A stretch of DNA of 64,000 bases from Mollicutes bacterium (GTDB lineage Bacteria > Bacillota_I > Bacilli_A > Izemoplasmatales > Izemoplasmataceae): contig PWEL01000039.1 of the NCBI GenBank assembly GCA_003553945.1, positions 2,571 to 66,570 of the forward strand. Reading direction: 5' to 3'. The notes beneath the pieces were generated by a model, which was not told where the DNA came from, did not search any database, and saw only the letters and a list, made by a program, of their open reading frames with translations. The stretch's first letter is position 1; each line of letters starts with the position of its first letter. Positions 56,163 to 64,000 of the stretch are shown one piece after another. Position numbers and translations under genes: made by a program.

Positions 56163-57013
56163 ATACGTTCGCCTATCGCGGGAAGCGGAAACGGGACTAT
56201 TTTGAAGGGTGGTATCTCCGCCTTTTTAATAATGATGTGAACATGGCGTTCATCTTTGCGGTGACGTTCAATCAGGATGACCCCCATGCGTTCATCCAGG
56301 TCTTCGACGGGCGAAGCGTCAGTACTGAGTATTTTCGCTTTCCGCTTGAAGCGTTCAGGTATGAGGACGCCACGGTCTTCATCGGTGAAAACCGTTTGAG
56401 CGAATCGCATGTAAGGGTGAAGGTCGGGGGGTACGACATCGACGGCACGATCAGCGATCATGTCCTGCCGGGAAGGTCCTCGATCGGATTATTGAGATAT
56501 GCCCCGCTTCAGTGTTTCCAGGAGGTCGTATGGCTTTCGGCGTCGGCTGATATTGCCATGCCGGATGGAGAGAAGACAGAGGTCTATCTCGAGAAGACAT
56601 ACGGCAGGCGTTTCCCGAAGCGGTGGTTCTGGCTGCATGCGCCTTTCGATGATGGTGTCCTGTCGTTCGCGGGGGGCATCGTTCCCGTGCCGCCCTTTGA
56701 AACCTTCGCTTTTTTCGCCCTCTTTCATCATGAAGAAGAGACGGTCCGCTTTGCGACCTACAACCGCGCGTCCCTGCGCATCGAAGAGGGGAAGACGGTG
56801 TCTTTCCTCTTGAAGAAAGGCGGACATACGCTGTTCATCGACGCTGAACGCGGCGATGAAGTTCCGCTCGTCGGTCCGGGGGAGCGGGCACGCATGCAGG
56901 AGCGCGTCATGGAGTCGCTGAATGCGAAGGTGCGACTGCGCTATATGAAAGGCGAGAGGCGCATGGAACGCCGTAGTGCTGAAGCAGGCTTTGAATGGAT
57001 GTACAATGAATAG
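56159..57013 (+). CDS. Tocopherol-cyclase-family (VTE1-like) protein
   Basis: N-terminal YFEGWYLR and central EKTYGRRFPKRWFWLHAPF resemble the hallmark motifs of the family. ATGA overlap with the upstream gene. Confidence 0.6.
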   Translation: MNTFAYRGKRKRDYFEGWYLRLFNNDVNMAFIFAVTFNQDDPHAFIQVFDGRSVSTEYFRFPLEAFRYEDATVFIGENRLSESHVRVKVGGYDIDGTISDHVLPGRSSIGLLRYAPLQCFQEVVWLSASADIAMPDGEKTEVYLEKTYGRRFPKRWFWLHAPFDDGVLSFAGGIVPVPPFETFAFFALFHHEEETVRFATYNRASLRIEEGKTVSFLLKKGGHTLFIDAERGDEVPLVGPGERARMQERVMESLNAKVRLRYMKGERRMERRSAEAGFEWMYNE

Positions 57014-57035
57014 ATTTAGAAAAGGAGATGATCAC

Positions 57036-57857
57036 ATGGAGTTTACATTGAACAATGGTGTCGTCATTCCAGCGGTCGGACTCGGAACGTTCCGGAGCCG
57101 GGGGGACGAGGTGTACGATGCAGTGCTCTCCGCTCTAAAGACCGGTTACCGGCATATCGATACGGCGGCCGCTTATGGCAACGAAGAGGAAGTGGGCCGT
57201 GCGATCAAGGATTCGGGCGTCCCGCGTGAAGAGGTCTTCGTGACAACGAAGCTCTGGCTCGAGGACCACGGATACATGTCGGCACGCCGCGCGCTCAGGC
57301 GCTCTTTAGGACGTCTGGGTCTGGATTATGTCGACCTTTATCTGATTCATTGGCCCAGGAGCTATCAGGAGAACGCCGATACCTACAAGGCGTTCGAATC
57401 GCTTTATCGCGAAGGATATACACGGGCGATCGGCGTATCCAACTTCAATTTCCATCATCTCGAGCATCTTCTAAAGACCGCCGAGATCACCCCGCAGGTC
57501 AATCAGTACGAGACGCATGTGTTCCTGCAGAATCCCAACCTTCAGTCCTACTGCATGAAGAACGGCATCTTTTTAGAAGCGTACGCGCCGATCCTGAGCA
57601 AGAACGTGAAGGACCTTCTAGAGGACGAGACCCTTGTCGGGATCGCTGAGAATCACGACAAGACGCCGGTCCAGATCGCCCTGCGCTATCTGTATGAGCG
57701 CGAGATCATCGCCATACCGAAATCAGCGTCGGCGACAAGACAGAAGGAGAATTTCGACATCTTCGATTTCTCGCTCTCCGACGATGACTATCAGACGATT
57801 CGCGGCATGAACCGAGGCCGCAAGACCTTCCCCGACCCGGACAACTTCTTTTATTGA
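57036..57857 (+). CDS. Aldo/keto reductase (AKR, 2,5-diketo-D-gluconate-reductase-like)
   Basis: Motifs GLGTF, YRHIDTAAAYGNE, LDYVDLYLIHWP and IPKS. RBS AAGGAG precedes ATG 57036. Confidence 0.9.
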   Translation: MEFTLNNGVVIPAVGLGTFRSRGDEVYDAVLSALKTGYRHIDTAAAYGNEEEVGRAIKDSGVPREEVFVTTKLWLEDHGYMSARRALRRSLGRLGLDYVDLYLIHWPRSYQENADTYKAFESLYREGYTRAIGVSNFNFHHLEHLLKTAEITPQVNQYETHVFLQNPNLQSYCMKNGIFLEAYAPILSKNVKDLLEDETLVGIAENHDKTPVQIALRYLYEREIIAIPKSASATRQKENFDIFDFSLSDDDYQTIRGMNRGRKTFPDPDNFFY

Positions 57858-57875
57858 TTCCTAGGAGGCTCACTT

Positions 57876-59282
57876 ATGACAACATTTCCCGTCCTGTTCA
57901 TGCAGAATTCCCTAGTCATTGCATTGCTCGCCGCGCTGCTTGTGGTGCTGATTCTACATGCGGGGGTGAGCATCTACCGCGGCCGTACTTTGCGGAGATA
58001 CCGCCGGATGCTTTACCGGGACGATTTGACGGGGCTTGACAAGACAACCTATCTCGAGCAGTATTTCACCGACATCCTGGTCGGTATCGACCACGATGTC
58101 GAGATGCACTACATCAACATCGATAATTTCAAGAACTATAACGATCTTCTGGGGCATCAGTTCGCGGATGCCCTTCTCAAACAGTTCGCGCAGCGCCTCC
58201 ATGCGCTTTCAGCACCCTATTTCCACATCTATCGCGCCCACTCCGACCAATTCGTGCTCCTTTATCCGAAATACGACGATTATGATATCGGCAGCGTGCT
58301 GCATGAGCGCCTCGGAGAACCTTTCAATGTCGAGAACCAGTCGATCACGCTGACTGTCTCCATCGGACGCTATGACATCCCGTCCACTCCGCCCACTTTC
58401 TATGAATGCCTTCTCAAATCCGAACTAGCCCTTCAGGAAGCGAAAAAGCGGGGGAAGGACACTTTCTTCGTCTACGATGACAGCCTGAAGCGCCGTAATG
58501 AGGACGCCTTCAAGATGTTCACCTCCATCAAGCGCGCGCTTGAAGAAGAGCAGTTCTATCTCGAATTCCAGCCCATCGTGCATGTCAAATCACAACGCCT
58601 CACCGGCGTGGAATCCCTGATCCGCATCCATGACAAGTATCAGCTGCATTTCCCCCTCGATGTCATCGCCTATGCAGAGAAATACAACATGATCGAGGAC
58701 ATCGACCGCTTTGTCGTCGAGACCTCCCTGCTCGCCTATAAGCGTTTCAAGGAGGCGGAGGTGCCGCTCGAATTCATCTCCGTCAACATCTCCTCGCAGG
58801 AGATCCACAACGAAAAATTCATCGAATTCCTCGAATCGCAGCGCGTCCTCAACGACCTCCGTCCCGGCGAGATCGTCATCGAGTTCACCGAGACGAACAG
58901 GCTCGAGAATCTCGATGCGGAGACACGTTTTATAAAGGCGCTTCGCGATGCCGGCTACAAGGTGGCCATAGACGATTTCGGCACCGGCTATTCCTCGATG
59001 CTGAGATTATCGAACAACACCCTTGATAGGATCAAGATCGACAGGACTTTCATCAAGGACCTCGCCGACAACGAGATGAATCTATCCCTCGTCAAGTCGA
59101 TGGTCCATCTCTCCGAGATATTCGACCTCTCCCTCGTCGTCGAAGGCGTGGAGAAAGAGAGCGACTACGAGAGCATCCGGGCGCTCGACATCGAGTACGC
59201 GCAAGGATATTACTTCAATAAGCCGATGCGCGCCGAAGCGCTGGTCAAGACCTTTTCCAAAAAGGAGAAGGGGAAGGCGTGA
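57876..59282 (+). CDS. Membrane-anchored GGDEF(degenerate)-EAL protein, probable c-di-GMP phosphodiesterase
   Basis: One N-terminal TM. GGDEF-domain core with AHSDQF in place of GGDEF/GGEEF. The EAL domain has ESL, DDFGTGYSS, KIDRTF and EGVE. Confidence 0.85.
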   Translation: MTTFPVLFMQNSLVIALLAALLVVLILHAGVSIYRGRTLRRYRRMLYRDDLTGLDKTTYLEQYFTDILVGIDHDVEMHYINIDNFKNYNDLLGHQFADALLKQFAQRLHALSAPYFHIYRAHSDQFVLLYPKYDDYDIGSVLHERLGEPFNVENQSITLTVSIGRYDIPSTPPTFYECLLKSELALQEAKKRGKDTFFVYDDSLKRRNEDAFKMFTSIKRALEEEQFYLEFQPIVHVKSQRLTGVESLIRIHDKYQLHFPLDVIAYAEKYNMIEDIDRFVVETSLLAYKRFKEAEVPLEFISVNISSQEIHNEKFIEFLESQRVLNDLRPGEIVIEFTETNRLENLDAETRFIKALRDAGYKVAIDDFGTGYSSMLRLSNNTLDRIKIDRTFIKDLADNEMNLSLVKSMVHLSEIFDLSLVVEGVEKESDYESIRALDIEYAQGYYFNKPMRAEALVKTFSKKEKGKA

Positions 59283-59355
59283 TAGGATGAAAATTGCTTT
59301 TCATCCAAGGGTGTGTTACTATGCACATGTATCATAATCCGTTTGGTGAGGGGAG

Positions 59356-59772
59356 ATGAAGCTTATGGGAATCTTCAGAAGACTTTTCGGAAAAAAGAAG
59401 AAGGAGACACCCTCCGAGAATCAGCGGCCGCGCTCGTCAAAGGAAGTATCGCTAGAGGACGTCGAAAGGGAGCTCGATGATGTCGAGCGCGTTGACAAGA
59501 CACAGCCCAAGAAAGAATCCATCGAAAGCAAAGTGGAAAAGAGTGAACCAAAGGCTGAACCGAAGGCTGAACAAAAGACCCAGGAGGAGCCCGCCGGCGA
59601 GGAAGCCGTCTATCACATCAAAAAGCACGACGATGGCTGGCAGCTGATCAAGGAGGGCTCGCAGAAACCCTACCGTGTATTCACTTATCAGAAAGAAGCC
59701 ATCGATTTCGCCAAGGAACAATCGCTCGACTATCAAGTGTACAAGGCTGACGGAACACCGCGGAAAAAATAA
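59356..59772 (+). CDS. DUF2188-domain protein with a Lys/Glu-rich N-terminal region
   Basis: C-terminal YHIKKHDDGWQLIKEGSQKPYRVFTYQKEAIDFAKE resembles DUF2188. ATG 59365 is an equally plausible start. Confidence 0.65.
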   Translation: MKLMGIFRRLFGKKKKETPSENQRPRSSKEVSLEDVERELDDVERVDKTQPKKESIESKVEKSEPKAEPKAEQKTQEEPAGEEAVYHIKKHDDGWQLIKEGSQKPYRVFTYQKEAIDFAKEQSLDYQVYKADGTPRKK

Positions 59773-59798
59773 AGCCTACACTGTAGGTTTTATTTTTT
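59772..59798 (+). terminator. Weak intrinsic terminator
   Basis: Short stem AAGCCTAC / GTAGGTTT with a 3-nt loop, followed by a T-rich tract. Confidence 0.4.
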
Positions 59799-59809
59799 CC
59801 TTATTCGTA

Positions 59810-59822
59810 TGACAATATGTCA
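59810..59822. promoter_or_regulatory. Inverted repeat TGACA-ATA-TGTCA, candidate TetR operator
   Basis: Located 18 nt upstream of the TetR start codon region, immediately before the RBS. Confidence 0.35.
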
Positions 59823-59839
59823 CTTACAGGAGGTTTTTT

Positions 59840-60454
59840 ATGCCCAAATCCACATTCTATCGATTGAATGCCGCGAAACGCCGCCGGATTGAAATGGCGG
59901 CCCGTGAAATCTTCCTGCGGCATCCCTACAGGGAGGTCACCATCTCCAGGATTGTCGACATGGCAGGGATTCCAAGGGGCAGTTTCTATCAGTATTTCGA
60001 GGACCTCGAGGATCTTTTCCAGTATCTTTTCGAACATGCCGTAGAGCTGTATGAAGCCTATGTATTCGAGCGCATCAAGCATTATAAAGGGGATGTATTC
60101 ACCTTTTTGAAAGATTCCTTCGAGGGGGATTACGCATACCTCGCCGCTTCGGATTTCCATGAACTTAAGCGGAAGTTCTTTCGCGAGCGTCAGCCTCTGG
60201 GTGTGAGTGTAGATTTCTTCCAGAAGCGGCGCGATGAATTCTATGAATCCCTCCTCGAAGCGTCTGAGGATGAATCCCTCAATCATCTCGCGAGGGAGGA
60301 AAAAATCAAGCTCATGCGTCTAGTCACGCATACCAAGGTGACGCTTTTGAGCAAGGTGTTCCTCGGTGAACTCGATTATGATGAAGCGCATGATGATTAT
60401 GTTTTCTATATCGACCTCATCCGGCGCGGCGTAGAACACTATCCTCATGCTTGA
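59840..60454 (+). CDS. TetR/AcrR-family transcriptional regulator
   Basis: N-terminal HTH (YREVTISRIVDMAGIPRGSFYQYFEDLEDLF). RBS AGGAGG. Overlaps the next gene by 8 nt. Confidence 0.8.
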   Translation: MPKSTFYRLNAAKRRRIEMAAREIFLRHPYREVTISRIVDMAGIPRGSFYQYFEDLEDLFQYLFEHAVELYEAYVFERIKHYKGDVFTFLKDSFEGDYAYLAASDFHELKRKFFRERQPLGVSVDFFQKRRDEFYESLLEASEDESLNHLAREEKIKLMRLVTHTKVTLLSKVFLGELDYDEAHDDYVFYIDLIRRGVEHYPHA

Positions 60455-62201
60455 TATCCTACGCCTGATGCGCTATGTAAACCCCTACAAGCGTTATATC
60501 GCCATCGCCCTTCTGAGCATGAGCGTTCAGGTGTTCGTGAGTTTTTTCATCCCTTATCTGATGATTGATATCATCGATGTGGCCTTGCCGGCACGCGATT
60601 TCGATGTTATCGTCAATCTCTCCATAGTCATGCTTGTTCTGGCTTTGCTTGGAATCATCAGCGGCGTCATCAACGCATACACCTCGCAGTATATCGCGCA
60701 GTACGCATCCGCCGAATTGCGTCTCGATGTCTTTCGTCGTATACAGGACCTTTCGTTTTCCAATATAGACACCTTCAAGCAGAGCCGGCTGATCACCAAT
60801 GCCACGAACGATGTGCTGCGGGTCCAGATGTTCTTCACCATGATGCTCAGGATCCTCGTCCGGGCGCCCCTCATGATCGTGATGGGGTTCGCGCTGGCGC
60901 TCGGGACCAGCCTGAGGCTTTCCCAGGTCTTCTACATCACAGTCCCGATGCTCATCATCACCGTGGCCCTCATCATGTATTATGCCTATCCACGCTTCAA
61001 GAAAGTCCAGCATGCGCTCGATGATCTGAATAACGTGACACTTGAGAACGCCAATGCCCCGCAGGTCGTCAAATCCTTCGTCTCCCAGCCCTATGAGCAT
61101 GAACGCTTCGAGACGACAAATGAACAATATCGTCAAGCGAATACAGGCGCCGAAACCGTGATGGCCTTCGCCGAGCCCACGATTAATTTCATCTTCAATC
61201 TCGGGGTGGCGATGATCCTGTTTTTCGGTGCTTTTTTCATGACACGGGGTGAGTTCATCGGTGATACCGGCGTTCCGCAAGTCGGCGTTCTCATGGCCTT
61301 CAACACCTATTCGCAGCAGATCCTTGTAGGATTGATGATGTTCGCGATGACCATGGTGTTTCTGAGCAGAGCGAATGTCAGTGCCGCCCGCGTCAATGAG
61401 GTCTTCAACGCGGAAGTCGACCTCGTGAATCCAAAAGATCCTGTGAAACGAGAGATAAGCGGCCGGATTGATTTTGATTCGGTATCCTTCGGCTACGGGC
61501 ATGGCGATGCGATCCGTGATATAGACTTATCGGTCGAAAGCGGCGAGAAACTCGGCATCATCGGCTCGACCGGCAGCGGCAAGTCCACGCTGGTTCAGCT
61601 CATTCCGAGACTCTATGATGCAAGAGAAGGTACTCTGCAGATCGATGGCGTACCGGTGGAGCACTACGACCTGACGACGCTTCGGGACCAGATCGGCTTC
61701 GTCACCCAGCATGCGACCATCTTCAGCGGTTCGGTCGCGACCAATATCAGGCAGGGGCTTGAAGATGCCGACTATGAGACGCTGGAATCAGTGAGCGAGA
61801 AAGCGCTGCTCGATGAATTCGTCAAGGCTGATGATGAGCATTTCAACAAGCTTGTCCACAGCAAGGGCAGCAACCTGAGCGGTGGCCAGAAACAGCGTCT
61901 CTCCATCGCCCGCGCGCTTATCAAACAGCCGTCCATCCTGATCCTCGACGATGCGACCAGCGCTGTCGATGCCAAAAGCGAGCGCAGGCTGCTTTCACAC
62001 ATCGACGATCTGGAATACGACCCGACAGTGCTTCTCATCTCCCAGAAGGTCTCGACTGTGCGTCGTATGGACCGCATCGCCGTCCTCGACGACGAGGGCC
62101 GCATCGATGGTGTCGGTACGCATGGGACGCTTCTCGGGCAAAGCCCTGTTTATCGTGAGATCGCCCGCACGCAGGGCGTAGGCGGTGATGATGATGCATG
62201 A
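60447..62201 (+). CDS. ABC exporter half-transporter (TMD-NBD), subunit 1 of a second heterodimer
   Basis: Walker A GSTGSGKST, signature LSGGQKQR and Walker B ILILDDAT. Confidence 0.9.
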   Translation: MLDILRLMRYVNPYKRYIAIALLSMSVQVFVSFFIPYLMIDIIDVALPARDFDVIVNLSIVMLVLALLGIISGVINAYTSQYIAQYASAELRLDVFRRIQDLSFSNIDTFKQSRLITNATNDVLRVQMFFTMMLRILVRAPLMIVMGFALALGTSLRLSQVFYITVPMLIITVALIMYYAYPRFKKVQHALDDLNNVTLENANAPQVVKSFVSQPYEHERFETTNEQYRQANTGAETVMAFAEPTINFIFNLGVAMILFFGAFFMTRGEFIGDTGVPQVGVLMAFNTYSQQILVGLMMFAMTMVFLSRANVSAARVNEVFNAEVDLVNPKDPVKREISGRIDFDSVSFGYGHGDAIRDIDLSVESGEKLGIIGSTGSGKSTLVQLIPRLYDAREGTLQIDGVPVEHYDLTTLRDQIGFVTQHATIFSGSVATNIRQGLEDADYETLESVSEKALLDEFVKADDEHFNKLVHSKGSNLSGGQKQRLSIARALIKQPSILILDDATSAVDAKSERRLLSHIDDLEYDPTVLLISQKVSTVRRMDRIAVLDDEGRIDGVGTHGTLLGQSPVYREIARTQGVGGDDDA

Positions 62202-64000
62202 TAAGATCCTCTCCAAGCGTGCGCTCAAGGAAAGACTGAGCCGGACTGACCCGGGGGATGCGCGGCTTTCAAAGACCGCCGGACGCGCCGCAATGCCCGG
62301 GAAGCCTGTCGCCGCATGGCGGACCGTCAAAAGGCTGCTTGCCTACATGGGCCCTTACAAGATTGCGGTCTTCCTTGTCTTCCTCACTCTGATCACTGCC
62401 ACGTTGAGCGCCATGTTCATCCCCATCATCTTCAGCATCGCGCTCGATGAATACATACTGACATTCGATTTCGAAGGCGTGTATCTCCTAGCGGTCCTTA
62501 TTCTCGGCATCGCTGTTTTCAACAGTGTCGTGCGCTTTTTTTCACGTTTTCTGATGGTGCGCATCACACAGAAGGTTGTGAAGCGTCTCAGGAAGGACGG
62601 ATTCAGCGCGCTCTTGAGGGCGCCGGTCTCTTATTATGATGAAAAGGGCGCCGGAGATATCGTCAGTCGTCTTTCGAACGATGTCGAGCTGATAAGCAAT
62701 GCGCTCTCTCAGACCATACTGGAAGTGCTGAACAGTTCCATCGTCCTTCTCGGCGCCCTGGTGCTCATGTTCTATCTCAACTGGGCGCTGGCGTTGATTG
62801 TGATCGCCTTTTTGCCTCTCATGGTCGTGTTCACGATTGCGATATCCAAGCGCACCCGCAGGGGGTTCAAGGCGCAGCAGAAGCATCTCGCCGCCCTGAA
62901 CGGCATCGTCGAGGAGAACATCAGCGGTCTCAGGACCGTTAAGCTCTACAATCAGGAACAGCCCTTCATCGATGAATTCTCCGAGGATAACGACAGATTG
63001 AAAAGAGCGGGCTTCAAGGCTCAGTTCTACGCCGGCATCGTATGGCCGTTCATCCATTTCATGAACAACTTCATCTTCCTCACTGTCATCGGTGCGGGCG
63101 CCGCGCTTCATCTTCTTTTAGGGCCCGCCTTCCTCACCATCGGCCAGATCGCGGGCGTCTCGCAGTACTCCCGACGCTTCATCATGCCCATCAGCAATCT
63201 CGCCCAGCTTTTCAACGCCCTGATGCAGGGGGTCGCCGGCGCGGAGCGCGTCTTCGAACTGATCGATGCGACAAGCGAATATGCGGATGACGGCGCTCAA
63301 ACACTCGGAAGCGTTGAAGGCGACGTCGCCTTCGAGAACGTGGATTTCTCCTATGTCGAGGGCGTCCGCGTACTGAAGGACATCACCTTCCGTGCAGAGC
63401 AGGGCGATTTGATCGCCATCGCGGGGCCGACCGGCGGTGGCAAGACGACCGCGATCAAGCTGCTCAACCGCTTCTATGAAGTGGAGTCCGGACGCATCAC
63501 GATCGACGGCGTCGACATCAGGAACATCCAGAAGGACGCTTTGAGGAGAAGGATCGGCATCGTCCTGCAGGATACCCACCTATTCAAGGGGACTGTGTAT
63601 GAGAACATCCGCTACGGGGACGCCTCGGCCTCGCGCGAGGAGATTCTCCGCGCGGCGAAGGACGCCAATGCGCATGAATTCATCTCCAAGCTCCCCGACG
63701 GCTATGAAAGCATCATCCATGAGGGCGGCCAGAACCTCTCCCAGGGAGAAAGGCAGCTCATAAGCATCGCGAGGACCTTCCTCACGGACCCCGACCTTCT
63801 GATTCTCGATGAGGCGACCTCCAATGTCGATACGCGGACCGAAGCGAAGATCCAGAGCAGCACCCATCGTCTCATGCAGGGACGCACGAGCATCGTCATC
63901 GCCCATCGTCTCCAGACCATCCGCCGCGCGGACATCATCCTTGTCATTAACGAAGGCCGGCTTGTCGAGACCGGTACCCACGAGACCCTGCTCAAGAAGA
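62188..64000 (+). CDS. ABC exporter half-transporter, subunit 2; 3' end outside window
   Basis: Not in the ORF track because the frame stays open to nt 64000. My translation from the ATG cluster at 62188-62196 gives TM helices, Walker A GPTGGGKTT, signature LSQGERQL and Walker B LLILDEAT. Confidence 0.85.
   Translation, partial: MMMHDKILSKRALKERLSRTDPGDARLSKTAGRAAMPGKPVAAWRTVKRLLAYMGPYKIAVFLVFLTLITATLSAMFIPIIFSIALDEYILTFDFEGVYLLAVLILGIAVFNSVVRFFSRFLMVRITQKVVKRLRKDGFSALLRAPVSYYDEKGAGDIVSRLSNDVELISNALSQTILEVLNSSIVLLGALVLMFYLNWALALIVIAFLPLMVVFTIAISKRTRRGFKAQQKHLAALNGIVEENISGLRTVKLYNQEQPFIDEFSEDNDRLKRAGFKAQFYAGIVWPFIHFMNNFIFLTVIGAGAALHLLLGPAFLTIGQIAGVSQYSRRFIMPISNLAQLFNALMQGVAGAERVFELIDATSEYADDGAQTLGSVEGDVAFENVDFSYVEGVRVLKDITFRAEQGDLIAIAGPTGGGKTTAIKLLNRFYEVESGRITIDGVDIRNIQKDALRRRIGIVLQDTHLFKGTVYENIRYGDASASREEILRAAKDANAHEFISKLPDGYESIIHEGGQNLSQGERQLISIARTFLTDPDLLILDEATSNVDTRTEAKIQSSTHRLMQGRTSIVIAHRLQTIRRADIILVINEGRLVETGTHETLLKK

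Noticed and set aside
1-64000. CRISPR arrays, rRNA genes, IS elements, toxin-antitoxin pairs or known defence-system genes.
   Set aside because: No regularly spaced direct repeats, rRNA-like sequence, transposase/integrase motifs or recognisable defence/TA domains were seen on either strand.

Overview
This is a moderately GC-rich, almost fully coding chromosomal segment of Bacillota type, with Gram-positive-style AGGAGG ribosome-binding sites, lipobox lipoproteins and many ATGA/overlap-coupled genes. I saw no rRNA, CRISPR array, transposase, integrase or recognisable defence gene. The content, in order: (1) Housekeeping genes: a thpR fragment, a DUF1295 membrane protein, an alpha/beta-hydrolase, a gmk-like gene, upp, nnr and tRNA-Ser(GGA). 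(2) A hydC-hydB-hydA [FeFe]-hydrogenase operon behind a consensus sigma-A promoter. (3) A ~20 kb, 20-gene, single-strand operon (8987-28728) for anaerobic purine catabolism of the E. coli ygeW-ygfM / selenium-dependent molybdenum-hydroxylase type. It holds two xanthine-dehydrogenase-family enzyme sets, MocA/XdhC maturation genes, HyuA-, SsnA-, YgeY- and YgeW-like enzymes, adenine deaminase, a PreA-like flavoprotein and two PLP enzymes. (4) A tandem array of three extremely acidic lipoproteins (28.8-35.2 kb), two of them large paralogues; the second is cut by a single in-frame TAA ahead of two further copies of its C-terminal module. (5) Miscellaneous genes: a guanine-deaminase-like gene, an MnmM-like methyltransferase, msrB, a uridine-kinase-family protein, a Rieske protein, tRNA-Thr(GGU), an ECF sigma/anti-sigma pair and a THUMP methyltransferase. 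(6) A TetR-linked thiolase/FabG/KASIII-like operon carrying a deletion scar (5' livH fragment fused to a 3' CoA-transferase fragment), followed by two alpha/beta-hydrolases. (7) A repeat-rich surface protein, a MarR + heterodimeric ABC exporter, a GT2-like membrane protein coupled to a tocopherol-cyclase-family protein, an aldo/keto reductase, a GGDEF(degenerate)-EAL protein, a DUF2188 protein, and a TetR + second ABC exporter pair that runs off the 3' end. The best candidates for something undescribed are the hyper-acidic lipoprotein array, the uncharacterised components embedded in the purine operon (a membrane protein, a small P-loop NTPase, two PLP enzymes where YgeX would be expected), and the GT2-like/tocopherol-cyclase-like pair. 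All family assignments come from motif recognition by eye; no searches were run.
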